DNA from: Lysobacteraceae bacterium
GTDB lineage: Bacteria > Pseudomonadota > Gammaproteobacteria > Xanthomonadales > Rhodanobacteraceae
Assembly (NCBI GenBank): GCA_028871555.1
Contig: JAGWNA010000006.1
Span: 615 to 64,614 of the forward strand
Length of the DNA stretch: 64,000 nucleotides
Direction of reading: 5' to 3'
Each line of letters starts with the position of its first letter. The stretch's first letter is position 1. Position numbers and translations under genes: made by a program. The notes under the pieces were generated by a model, which worked only from the letters and a program-made list of their open reading frames with translations, had not been told where the DNA came from and did no database searches. Shown here piece after piece: positions 9,262 through 18,900 of the stretch.

Positions 9262-10176
9262 ATGCAAACTTCCCCTTACCACGTTGGCGAACTGCGGGTA
9301 CAGCAACGCACCGGTGAGACGGGACCAGCGAGCTTGAACGGGCGAAACATCGCACCGCATGTGCCGGCCCCGGCACGCGGCTTCGTGACCCAGCAGGACA
9401 TGGTCCTGCTGGGTACGGCAGACCCGCAGGGTCATCTCTGGGCAACCATGGTCACGGGACGGTCGGGTTTTGCAGGTGTTTCAGATGACCTCGCTGAGGT
9501 CCGGGTCCGCATCGAAGATCCGAACAAGGTTCTGGAGAAATCTGCTGCGCTGCGGGGCCTGCAGGCGAACGACTCGATCGCGATGTTGTTCATCGAGCTC
9601 AGCACTCGCCGACGTCTCCGCGTCAATGGGATGCTCACTCGGGCCGATTCGGCAGCGCTCGAAATGCATGTGGAGCAGTCCTACGCCGCCTGCCCGAAGT
9701 ACATCCAACGGCGTAAACCTGTCGAAGCTGGGCACCTTCATCCGGTCGCGGATGGGGATGGAACGGATAGCCTGGCGGCGCTGGTATCGCTGATCGAACG
9801 TGCCGACACACTGTTTATAGCCAGCGCAGGTCCTGACGGCCTACTCGACGTCAGTCACAGGGGTGGCCGGGCAGGTTTCGCTGAGTGGCATGACGGCGCG
9901 CTGTGCATACCGGACTATGCCGGCAACAGCATGTTCAATACCTTGGGCAATCTGGAAGTGGACACTCGAGCTGGGATCTGCATTCCGGATTTCGAGCGTT
10001 CCTACCAATGGCTTCTGACGGGCCGGGCATGTGGGCAATTTGAGGTCGAGGGCACCGAAGACCAGACCGGCGGCACGCTGCGCAGAATCAAATTCGTACC
10101 CGTTGAATGGGTTCGCCTGCCTTTCAACACCGCTCGCATGTGGGCCTTCGTCGACAGCTCGCCGTTCAATCCCTAA
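9262..10176 (+). CDS. Pyridoxamine 5'-phosphate oxidase-like FMN-binding protein (two split barrels)
   Basis: YHVGELRVQ, RRRLRVNG, CPKYIQRR, DVSHRGG, PDYAGNSMFNTLGN. Confidence 0.85.
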   Translation: MQTSPYHVGELRVQQRTGETGPASLNGRNIAPHVPAPARGFVTQQDMVLLGTADPQGHLWATMVTGRSGFAGVSDDLAEVRVRIEDPNKVLEKSAALRGLQANDSIAMLFIELSTRRRLRVNGMLTRADSAALEMHVEQSYAACPKYIQRRKPVEAGHLHPVADGDGTDSLAALVSLIERADTLFIASAGPDGLLDVSHRGGRAGFAEWHDGALCIPDYAGNSMFNTLGNLEVDTRAGICIPDFERSYQWLLTGRACGQFEVEGTEDQTGGTLRRIKFVPVEWVRLPFNTARMWAFVDSSPFNP

Positions 10177-10209
10177 TTCAGTTGAATTCGTCAAGAAGTA
10201 GCTTTCATC

Positions 10210-11112
10210 ATGGAACTTGTGGTCATCGAGAAGCGGCTCATCGCCCAAGACACCGTGGCAGTGACACTTGGAGCTGCAACAGGCGTATTGCAAGTCGCAA
10301 GCCCCGGTGCGCATATCACCATCAGTCTTGGTGAGTTAGTACGACATTACTCGCTGACGCGCGGCTTCCTTGCGGGGGAGCCCTATGAGATTCAGGTCTT
10401 GCGCGTGGCCGAGGGACGCGGCGGCTCCCGCTGGATCCATGATCGGCTGTCGGTTGGAGATCGGCTGCATGCTATCGGCGTCAGCAACGACTTTCCCCTG
10501 GTGCCATCTTCGGCGCCGGCCGTCTTCATCGCAGGTGGCATCGGCATAACGCCCTTTCTATCGATGGCATCGGAGGTCGCCCAGAGCAGTAGAGCGTTGG
10601 AGATTCACCATCTGGTCCGTCACCTTGCCCGACAGGTCCCTTTGCCACAGGCTCTTCTGCCGCATCTGCACACCTATGCTGGAGCGATTCCGGACTTCGC
10701 CAGACTTCTGAGTAAGCTCGACCCGGCAAGCCATATTTACGTCTGCGGACCGGTGCCCATGATGTCGGCGTTGCGGGTCCAAGCTCAGCGGCTAGGTTTT
10801 CCCTCCGGACATTTCCACGCAGAAACATTTGGCGTTGCCCTCGCTGCGGATGACCCAACTCTGGAGGTGCATCTGGCCCTATCAGGGACCCACTTCCTGG
10901 CCACGCCGGGACAGCCGCTGCTGGATGCGCTACTTGCCCAGGGTGCCTGGGTTGGCGAAGAGTGTCGCCGGGGTCAATGCGGCTCGTGCCTGGTAGAGGT
11001 ATTGGAGGGTGAGCCCATCCACCGCGACGCTCTTGATCCGGCATTGAGACCCGGCGCACTATGTGCCTGCGTCTCTTGGGCCAGGGGGCCGAAACTCGTG
11101 CTCAAGCTGTGA
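10210..11112 (+). CDS. PDR/VanB-type flavin and 2Fe-2S oxidoreductase
   Basis: RHYSL, GRGGS, AGGIGITP, YVCGP, CRRGQCGSC...C. Confidence 0.9.
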   Translation: MELVVIEKRLIAQDTVAVTLGAATGVLQVASPGAHITISLGELVRHYSLTRGFLAGEPYEIQVLRVAEGRGGSRWIHDRLSVGDRLHAIGVSNDFPLVPSSAPAVFIAGGIGITPFLSMASEVAQSSRALEIHHLVRHLARQVPLPQALLPHLHTYAGAIPDFARLLSKLDPASHIYVCGPVPMMSALRVQAQRLGFPSGHFHAETFGVALAADDPTLEVHLALSGTHFLATPGQPLLDALLAQGAWVGEECRRGQCGSCLVEVLEGEPIHRDALDPALRPGALCACVSWARGPKLVLKL

Positions 11113-11125
11113 CGTGGTTCGTGTG

Positions 11126-12388
11126 ATGAACAAGTCCACACGAAACGATTTCTCCCCTGACGCTGACGGTCTGGCGCTTGCGGTGCAACAGTTGGTCGAA
11201 TGCCGACAAGCCAGGGCGGCGATGCCTGCGCACGGAACTCGAATTCCGGAGCTGCCCTCGGCCTTACCCGTCCAGGGCTTGGGCGGACGCACAGCACTGG
11301 AGTACCTGGCGCCGTGGGCCTTGGATCGCTCGGCCCGCTTGGACGCACCAGGTTTCATTGCGCACATGGACCCGCCCACACCTTGGATGACTTGGGCTGC
11401 AGCCATGTGGGTGGCTGGGACTAACCAGAACCTGCTGCATCCTGACGCTGCGCCCGTGGCTCGCGATTTAGAAGCAAGGGTTGTCGACTGGCTTGCACCA
11501 TGGTTCGGTATGCGTGGCGGGCACATGGTGCCGGACTCGACTCTGGGAAATCTGACCGCTCTCTGGGCGGCACGCGATGTGGCCGGTGCGAAGCGCATCG
11601 TCACATCAGAGGATTCCCACGTTAGCATCGTCAAGGCCGGGCATATCCTGGGGCTTCCTGTGGAACGTCTGCCTGTCGATGCGTCGCGTGCGCTGCGGGC
11701 TGTGCAGTTCAATGAGGACTTGTCCGATGCCGCGCTGGTGCTGACTGCGGGCACGACTGCAGTCGGGGCCATCGATTGCCTTACAGAGCCCCGTCGCGCG
11801 GCCTGGGTCCATGTCGATGCGGCCTGGGCTGGTCCTTTACGCATGACCAAGCACTCGGCGCTACTGGATGGCACTGAACAAGCGGACTCCGTGGCGGTGT
11901 CTGCGCACAAGTGGCTGTACCAACCCAAGGAATCCGCGCTGGTGTTCTTCGCCCAACCGGATCGAGTGGCTCAGGCTTTGACCTTCGGCGGCAGCTACCT
12001 GGCGCAGCCCAATGTCGGCCTGCTGGGCTCACACGGCGCCACGGCGCTTCCGCTGCTGGCCACGCTGCTGGCCTGGGGTCTGGAAGGCGTGCGTGAACGC
12101 ATTGAGTCCGACATGGTGATCGCCCAGCGACTGGCTGATCGGGTGCAGGTGGAGCCTGAACTGCAGCTCTGGGGTCAGCCGCGAACGGGAATCGTCGTCT
12201 GGCGCCCGCGAAAGGGTGATCCGCTCCAGCTTCGCGAACGACTGCAAGACGCCTGGGTCAGCACCGCAACGATCAATGGCGAAGTCTGGTTCCGCTCGGT
12301 GGCCACGAACCCGTTGGCCGATCCCGACCGTTTGGTTGACGCAGTGCTGAACGCGATCGGTGTCCGGCACACGAACAGCACGGATTAA
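11126..12388 (+). CDS. Group II PLP-dependent decarboxylase
   Basis: AGTTAVGAID, HVDAAW, SAHKW (PLP lysine). Confidence 0.85.
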   Translation: MNKSTRNDFSPDADGLALAVQQLVECRQARAAMPAHGTRIPELPSALPVQGLGGRTALEYLAPWALDRSARLDAPGFIAHMDPPTPWMTWAAAMWVAGTNQNLLHPDAAPVARDLEARVVDWLAPWFGMRGGHMVPDSTLGNLTALWAARDVAGAKRIVTSEDSHVSIVKAGHILGLPVERLPVDASRALRAVQFNEDLSDAALVLTAGTTAVGAIDCLTEPRRAAWVHVDAAWAGPLRMTKHSALLDGTEQADSVAVSAHKWLYQPKESALVFFAQPDRVAQALTFGGSYLAQPNVGLLGSHGATALPLLATLLAWGLEGVRERIESDMVIAQRLADRVQVEPELQLWGQPRTGIVVWRPRKGDPLQLRERLQDAWVSTATINGEVWFRSVATNPLADPDRLVDAVLNAIGVRHTNSTD

Positions 12389-12616
12389 TGAATCTAGTCC
12401 GATTCGAGCACCCGCTGTCGCGGTGGTCGAAACCTGCGATTCAAATCATGGGCGGTATAAATTGTGGCACTCGGGAGGCAGATCTCGACAGCTGAAATTC
12501 GTATTTAGGTTGCGAGTCGCCGTTCTTCGGCCCGATCACTGGTCGATCCAAGACGATGTTGGAGGAGATTCGCGGCATGGCTTGGTCCAGCGAAGTGCAG
12601 GGCTGGAGTCATGGTG

Positions 12617-12650
12617 AAATAAAAAACCCGCAGAGGGGAGTCTGCGGGTT
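12617..12650 (-). terminator. Intrinsic terminator
   Basis: Perfect 10-bp stem (12625-12634 with 12641-12650) followed by TTTTATTT on the minus strand. Confidence 0.75.
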
Positions 12651-12726
12651 CGGGGGAGGAGCTCCATCTGGTGCGGGGTCCAGGAGGGGAGCCTGGCCCG
12701 GCGGGGGGAAGGATGTCTCACGACAT
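12617..12726 (-). ncRNA. Candidate ~110-nt small RNA with C-rich hairpin loops
   Basis: Minus strand has hairpins CCAGG-CTCCCCT-CCTGG and AACCCGCAGA-CTCCCC-TCTGCGGGTT followed by a T-tract; -10-like TACAGT at 12738-12733; no convincing ORF. Confidence 0.5.
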
Positions 12727-13264
12727 GGGCTTACTGTACTGGACAGTTCGTTAATGAAGTGTAAGCGGATTTCTGTGGCGGCGACAGGCTGCCAGGGGCG
12801 GAATCATGCCTGGCTGACACTTCCGGGCCAGCCCGGACTTGCCTGCGCAACATGCCCGTTGCGGGCAAGGGTGGTATTGCGCATGGCCGGCGGTGATTGA
12901 AGAGGCCTGTCCGCCACAAAGGCATCCGGTTGGATCGCGTGCCCGCTGCACATGGCGAGCACGCGATCACGGGGGAATGAAGCAGTCGTTGACGACGTCA
13001 TTTGAAAAAATATATCGTTCAGGAGTCCACCTTGCACCAGACAGGTGGATGATTCCGCCGGGGTGGCGTCGGGGCAAGCCATGCGCCACCTCAGCCGGTC
13101 AGGGTTGCGCCCATGGGGAAGCTTCGGGGGAAGCGGGGGCCGCCATTGCCGGATCGAGCGGGATCGCCCGTGCATTACGTTCGGCGCGCTTCATGCGCAA
13201 CCCTCCTCATGTGGCCAATCTGGCCGCATGGGTCCGTTAATGCTCAAAATTCATGGGGATTCAC

Positions 13265-14407
13265 ATGTCGGAATATTCGAAGCACAGCTTGTTGAAAGCC
13301 GTCGCGGCGACGGCCTTGATCAGTCTGACTGCCGGAGCTGCCGCATTGGCCAGCAGCGGCAGCGAGTTCGTGCCGCAAACACAGAACCCTTATTCGCCGG
13401 CTTACGGGCATCAATATCGCCACGGCGTGTTGCCCACCAGGGAAGCTCATGACCGGATGAAGCAGTACGAGGCGCTGCACACGGCGGGCGGGAAAACCGG
13501 CGGCAGCTCGAAAACGCTCAGCTATGGCGGCGGCGTCGATGGCATCGGCGTCACCAGCGGCACCCCGAAGGTGTATCTGGTCGTCTACGGCAGCCAGTGG
13601 GGCAGTGCCGGCACCGATGCCAACGGCAACATGACCTTTACCGGCGACCCGGTCGGCGCCTTGCCTTACCTGCAGAAACTGTTCAAGGGCCTGGGCACCG
13701 GCGGCGAGCTGTGGTCGGGCACGATGACCCAGTATTGCGACGGCGCCGGTGTGGCCACGGGCGCCACCTCCTGCTCGTCCAGCGCCGCGCACGTGGGTTA
13801 TCCGACCGGCGGCAACCTGGCCGGCATCTGGTACGACAATTCGGTGGCCTCGCCGTCCAATGCCACCGGCACGCAGCTGGCGCAGGAAGCGCTCAACGCC
13901 GCCGCCCACTTCGGCAACACCACCGCGGCTTCCAACCGCTACGTGCAGTACGTGATCCTGTCGCCGACCGGCACGCATCCGGATGGCTTCAACACCTCGA
14001 CCGGCCAGTTCTGCGCGTGGCACGACTGGCAGGGTGACGGCTACGGGGTCACCTCGACGGTCGGCGACGTCGCCTTCACCAACATGCCCTACGTCTACGA
14101 CATGGGCACCAGCTGCGGCGAAAACTTCGTCAACGCCGGTTCGGCCGGCATTCTCGACGGCTTCTCCATCGTCGAAGGCCACGAATACGCCGAGACCGTG
14201 ACCGACCAGAATCCGGCCGGTGGCTGGACCAACCACGTCAGGGGTTCGCGAAGCAGTGGCCAGGAAAACGGCGACGAGTGTGCGTGGATCAGCTCCGGTC
14301 AGGGCGCTTCGGCGAACGTGGTCATGAACAGCGGCACGTTTGCGATGCAGAGCACCTGGTCGAACGACACCGTCCAGTGCGATATCTCGCACCCGATCGT
14401 CCTGTAA
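13265..14407 (+). CDS. Secreted protein, Phi-1/EXORDIUM-like, possible HExxE metallopeptidase
   Basis: Signal peptide (ALISLTAGAAALA); PKVYLVVYG, FCAWH, GHEYAETVTD, ENGDECAW. Confidence 0.6.
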   Translation: MSEYSKHSLLKAVAATALISLTAGAAALASSGSEFVPQTQNPYSPAYGHQYRHGVLPTREAHDRMKQYEALHTAGGKTGGSSKTLSYGGGVDGIGVTSGTPKVYLVVYGSQWGSAGTDANGNMTFTGDPVGALPYLQKLFKGLGTGGELWSGTMTQYCDGAGVATGATSCSSSAAHVGYPTGGNLAGIWYDNSVASPSNATGTQLAQEALNAAAHFGNTTAASNRYVQYVILSPTGTHPDGFNTSTGQFCAWHDWQGDGYGVTSTVGDVAFTNMPYVYDMGTSCGENFVNAGSAGILDGFSIVEGHEYAETVTDQNPAGGWTNHVRGSRSSGQENGDECAWISSGQGASANVVMNSGTFAMQSTWSNDTVQCDISHPIVL

Positions 14408-14762
14408 CGGCAAACGGCGCAAAGGGGTACGGTTCGAGCCGATACCCTGCCAGCGGATGTTGTCGGCATGGCGCGCATGGATGCGCGCACCACGACCCGG
14501 ATCGCAACCGGAAGAACCTCCGGCATGGTCCGGGCCGGATCGGCACCGCGCCGATGCACGCACCGCCGGCATACCCGGCAAATCCCATGGCCCGATCGGC
14601 AACGATCGGGCCATTCTGGTTTTCGGCGGATTGCCGGCGAGGGTGGCTTCGCTTGTCACGAGGCTGCGGTTGATCGAGCATCCCCATGGCCGCCGCCTTC
14701 ATGCGGCAAGCAATCGATTCCGTCGATCCGTGACGCTTCCCGTCGGCCCTGTGGATACACCC

Positions 14763-15182
14763 GTGAATGCACCGTTGTCTCCGATCGGTAAGTCGCTGCT
14801 GATCATTGCCGGCAGCGTGTCGCTGGCGCTGGGCGTCATCGGGTTGCTGTTGCCGGTGATGCCCACCGTACCGTTCCTGCTGGTGGCGGCCGCGTGCTGG
14901 TCGAAGGCGTCGTCGCGGCTGCATCGCCGGCTGCTTGCCTTGCCGCGGATCGGACCGATGATCGCGCAGTGGGAGCGCGCCCCGGTATTGCCATGGCGGA
15001 TCAAGCTGCTCTCGATCGGCGTGATTGTCCTGTCGCTGGTCGTTCCGATGTGGCTGGTGCACGATCACGCATGGCTGCCGTGGCTGTTTGCCGGCATCGC
15101 GGTGATTGCGATCATCGTCGTGCTGCGCATGCCCGGGGCAGGCAGCGGGTCCGGTACGGGGCCGACAAGGGTGGGCCATTGA
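14763..15182 (+). CDS. YbaN/DUF454-family membrane protein
   Basis: LGVIGLLLPVMPTVPFLLVAAACWSKAS.RLHRRLL. Confidence 0.8.
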   Translation: MNAPLSPIGKSLLIIAGSVSLALGVIGLLLPVMPTVPFLLVAAACWSKASSRLHRRLLALPRIGPMIAQWERAPVLPWRIKLLSIGVIVLSLVVPMWLVHDHAWLPWLFAGIAVIAIIVVLRMPGAGSGSGTGPTRVGH

Positions 15183-15368
15183 GCGACAGCAGCGAAAAGC
15201 ACGCCGTCGGAGAAGGGCGTATTGCAGTCCGCGAGCCCATGGATTTGGACTCGCGAGCAGCAGTGTCGCCAGCACCTTTCGACTTCGGTGCGCTACGCTC
15301 TGGACGAACCGGCTTTCGTGCTCTTTGCCGGTTCGATCAACCGACATGGATCTTCGCAGGATATCGTC

Positions 15369-17030
15369 ATGATGATTTCGATCTCGTTTCCGTCGGGCCG
15401 GCGCTTGCGGCGCGGCGCCGCCTGCATGCTGGCCGCGGTGCTGGCGAGCGGTGCCGCGCTGGATGCACGCGCGGCGGCACTCGCCACGGTACCCACGGCT
15501 CCGCGTGTGCAGGTAGCCGCCGGCGCCATCGAAGGCAAGCTGGCGCGGGTCGACGGTGTGACGCTGCGCGAGTTCCAGGGCATTCCCTACGCGGCACCGC
15601 CGGTCGGGGCGCTGCGCTGGAAGCCGCCGCAGCCGGTGGCGCACTGGGACGGCACGCGTCAGGCGCGGCAGTTCGGGCCACGCTGCATGCAGCTGCCGCT
15701 GTTCAGCGACATGGTGTTTCGCGCCAGCGGCATGAGCGAGGACTGCCTGTACCTCAACGTGTGGGCGCCGGCCGGATTTTCCGCATCCCGCAAACCCGCG
15801 AAGCTGCCGGTGCTGGTGTATTTCTACGGCGGCGGTTTTGTCGCCGGCGACGGCTCGGAGTTGCGTTACGACGGCGCCAGTCTCGCGGCACGGGGCATCG
15901 TCACGGTGACGGTGAACTATCGCCTCGGGGTGTTCGGTTTCTTCGCGCTGCCGGCGCTGGCCGAGGAGTCGCCCGAACACGCGGCCGGCAACTACGGCCT
16001 GCTCGACCAGGTCGCGGCATTGCGCTGGGTGCAGGCGAACATCGCGGCATTCGGCGGCGATCCGGCGCAGGTGACGATCGCCGGCGAGTCGGCCGGCTCG
16101 ATCGCGGTGAGCGCGCTGATGACCTCGCCGTTGTCGAAGCGCCTGTTCGCGCGCGCGATCGGCGAGAGCGGCGCGCTGATCGCGCCGATCGCCCCGCTGA
16201 CACTGGCGCAGGCGCAGCAGCGCGGCACCGCGTTCGCCGGCAAGGCCGGCGCCCGTTCGCTGGCCGACCTGCGCGCCATGCCGGCTGCGCAGCTGCTGCA
16301 GGTCACCAGCGACCAGCAAGGCGACGCCGATCCCGACGTCGATGGCTGGTTCCTCACCGAACCACCTGCCACGACGTTTGCCCGCGGCGCGCAGGCCCAC
16401 GTGCCGCTGCTGCTGGGATCGAATTCGCAGGAGGGTTTCTACACCGCCATCCTGAAACAACAGTCGCCGACGCCGGCGCACTATCGCGCGGCGCTGCAAC
16501 GCCTGTTCGGCGCGCAGGCCGGGCGCGCGCTGGCGCTGTACCCCGGCGGCAGCGAGGCCGAGGTGATGCGTTCGGCCACGGTGCTGGCCGGCGACCTGTT
16601 CATCGCCCACACCACGTGGCGCTGGATGGACTTGCAGCGGCGTACCGGCAAGGCGCCGGTGTACTTCTACTACTTCGCCCAGCCGCGTCCGGCCAAGCGG
16701 CATCCTGCGCCGGGCGAGCGGCCCGATGCCGGTGCGGTGCACAGCGGCGAGATCGAGTACGCGCTGGGCAACCTCGACACCAACCAGGTGTACGCATGGA
16801 CGCCGGCCGACCACCAGGCGTCGAAGACGATGGAAGGCTATTTCGCACAGTTCATCCGCACCGGCAATCCGAACGGCGCGGGCCTGCCGCACTGGCCCGC
16901 GGTGCGCACATCCGGCGGTGGCCTGCTGCGTCAGGTCATCGGTGCCCACACCCATACCGAGGTCGATCGCGGCGCGGCGCGGCAGGCCTTCCTGCAACAG
17001 TTTTTCGCGACGCATGCGAGTGTGTTCTAG
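15369..17030 (+). CDS. Type-B carboxylesterase/lipase, secreted
   Basis: FQGIPYAAPPVGALRWKPP, SEDCLYLNVW, GESAG nucleophile, HSGEI. Confidence 0.93.
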   Translation: MMISISFPSGRRLRRGAACMLAAVLASGAALDARAAALATVPTAPRVQVAAGAIEGKLARVDGVTLREFQGIPYAAPPVGALRWKPPQPVAHWDGTRQARQFGPRCMQLPLFSDMVFRASGMSEDCLYLNVWAPAGFSASRKPAKLPVLVYFYGGGFVAGDGSELRYDGASLAARGIVTVTVNYRLGVFGFFALPALAEESPEHAAGNYGLLDQVAALRWVQANIAAFGGDPAQVTIAGESAGSIAVSALMTSPLSKRLFARAIGESGALIAPIAPLTLAQAQQRGTAFAGKAGARSLADLRAMPAAQLLQVTSDQQGDADPDVDGWFLTEPPATTFARGAQAHVPLLLGSNSQEGFYTAILKQQSPTPAHYRAALQRLFGAQAGRALALYPGGSEAEVMRSATVLAGDLFIAHTTWRWMDLQRRTGKAPVYFYYFAQPRPAKRHPAPGERPDAGAVHSGEIEYALGNLDTNQVYAWTPADHQASKTMEGYFAQFIRTGNPNGAGLPHWPAVRTSGGGLLRQVIGAHTHTEVDRGAARQAFLQQFFATHASVF

Positions 17031-17105
17031 CACGCTGTCCGCACAAGCCGGCATCCCGCCGAGTCAAGCGTTCGCACATCCATACCCACGCACAGGTTGG
17101 CCCTG

Positions 17106-18857
17106 ATGAAATTACTGCCGCGATTCACCGCGACCTGCCTCGCCCTCGCCATGGCGTTCGCCACGACCGCGACGGCCGGCGCCGCCGATCCGCACAAGAC
17201 CCTCGCCTACATCGATCACGCCTGGGCCACGCTCACACGTTCGATGGACGACTGCTCGGCGCTGGCGGACAGCAAGCTCGGTAGCCGCTCCGTGTTGTAC
17301 CTGCCGGCGGATTTGCCCAGGCCTGCGAAAATCGATGCGATCAGCCGCCACTGCCACGTCGACGTGCGGGTGTTGCCGCAGGTCATCGGCCGGCTCGGCG
17401 ATTTCTCGCCCACGCGACTGCCGCAGCAGGGGCTGCTCTACCTGCCGCATCCGTATGTGGTGCCGGGCGGCTTCTTCAACGAGATGTACGGCTGGGACAG
17501 CTATTTCATCGTGCTCGGACTGGTCGCCGATCATCGCGAGGCGATGGCGCGCGGCATGGTCGACAATGCGCTGTTCGAGGTGGCGCACTACGGCGCGGTG
17601 CTCAATGCCAACCGCAGCTATTACCTCACGCGTTCGCAGCCGCCGTTCCTGTCCTCGATGATCCGCGCGGTGCTCGACGATCCGGCCAGTTTCCCGAACC
17701 CGGCCGACGCGCGCGCGTGGCTGCGGCAGGCCTATCCGCTGGCCGTGCGCGACTACTCCACGTGGACACGCAAGCAGCATCGGGCCGGCGACACCGGCCT
17801 GGCCCGCTACTACGACTACGGCGGTGCCGGCCCGGTGCTGGAGATGAAGGACAGCACCTACCTGCGCGGGGTGATCGACTGGCTGCTGGCGCATCCGTCG
17901 CAGGATCGCGGCTATCTGGTCAAGGCGTCGCAGCATCCGGATGCCGCCGAGATGGCCCGGCTGAAAACCACCAGCTGCGACGTGCAGGGAAGCACTAGTG
18001 TCGCGGGAGGCAGGAAGCCGGAAGCGACCGACGTGCAGGGAAGCACCAGTGTCGCGGGAGGCAGGAGGCCGGGAGCGACCGGCATGCAGGTTTCGACGGT
18101 GTGCGCGGGTGCGTGGTCCAGAGGCTACCGGCTCAGCGCGGACTACTACCTCGGCGACCGCGCGATGCGCGAGTCGGGCTTCGACACCACCTTCCGCATG
18201 GGTCCGTTCGGCGGCTCCACCCACCACTACGCGCCGGTGGATCTGAACAGCCTGCTGTATCGCTACGAGACCGACCTGCACGACTTCGCCGTGCAACTGG
18301 GGCTGACGGCGGATGCGCAGCGCTGGGCCGCCGCCGCCGCCGCGCGCCATGCGGCGATCGACAAATACCTGTGGCGACCCGGGCGAGGCCTGTACATGGA
18401 CTACGACTTCGTCGCCGGCAAACCGTCCGACTACCACTTCGTCAGCACCTACTATCCGCTGTGGGCCGGCGTGGCATCGAAGGCGCAGGCCGCCGCGCTG
18501 CGCGCCCACCTGGGCATCTTCGAGAAGATGGGCGGGCTGCAGATGAGCGACCACGACAGCGGTGCGCAGTGGGACGCGCCGTTCGGTTGGGCGCCCACCA
18601 ACTGGCTCGCCGCGGCCGGCCTCGACGCCTACGGCTATCACGACGATGCGCGCCGCATCGCGCGCGAATTCACCGGCACCATCGACCGCAGCCTCGCCGC
18701 CGACGGCACCATCCGCGAGAAATACAACATGGCCAGCGGCAACGCCGACGTGAAGATCCGCGCCGGCTACAAGGCCAACGTGATCGGCTTCGGCTGGACC
18801 AACGGGGTCTACCTGAAGCTGCAGCAGCTGCTGCACGAGCCGCACGGCGGCCATTGA
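17106..18857 (+). CDS. treA: Periplasmic trehalase (GH37) with an in-frame repeat insertion
   Basis: Signal peptide; PGGFFNEMYGWDSYF, RSQPP, RESGFD, PVDLNSLLY, QWDAPFGWAP, GFGWTNG. Confidence 0.85.
   Translation: MKLLPRFTATCLALAMAFATTATAGAADPHKTLAYIDHAWATLTRSMDDCSALADSKLGSRSVLYLPADLPRPAKIDAISRHCHVDVRVLPQVIGRLGDFSPTRLPQQGLLYLPHPYVVPGGFFNEMYGWDSYFIVLGLVADHREAMARGMVDNALFEVAHYGAVLNANRSYYLTRSQPPFLSSMIRAVLDDPASFPNPADARAWLRQAYPLAVRDYSTWTRKQHRAGDTGLARYYDYGGAGPVLEMKDSTYLRGVIDWLLAHPSQDRGYLVKASQHPDAAEMARLKTTSCDVQGSTSVAGGRKPEATDVQGSTSVAGGRRPGATGMQVSTVCAGAWSRGYRLSADYYLGDRAMRESGFDTTFRMGPFGGSTHHYAPVDLNSLLYRYETDLHDFAVQLGLTADAQRWAAAAAARHAAIDKYLWRPGRGLYMDYDFVAGKPSDYHFVSTYYPLWAGVASKAQAAALRAHLGIFEKMGGLQMSDHDSGAQWDAPFGWAPTNWLAAAGLDAYGYHDDARRIAREFTGTIDRSLAADGTIREKYNMASGNADVKIRAGYKANVIGFGWTNGVYLKLQQLLHEPHGGH
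17979..18080 (+). repeat. 2 x 51-nt tandem repeat, in frame within trehalase
   Basis: Copies 17979-18029 and 18030-18080 differ at three positions; encode DVQGSTSVAGGR(K/R)P(E/G)AT. Confidence 0.95.
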
Positions 18858-18900
18858 TGCCGGGCGAGCCTGCAATCGGCCATGGCGGCCGTCGGTCGCC

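Noticed and set aside
12790-13260. Riboswitch or coding gene upstream of the secreted protein
   Set aside because: No recognisable aptamer consensus, and the ORFs there are short, overlapping and motif-free.
14322-17054. 910-aa minus-strand ORF, and similar long antisense ORFs at 17112-19175, 23443-25284, 41216-42730, 45629-48616, 59157-61958 and 61622-63970
   Set aside because: Shadow ORFs opposite well-supported genes, expected at this GC content; no motifs.
17979-18080. CRISPR array
   Set aside because: Only two abutting units, no spacers, inside a CDS, and no cas genes in the window.
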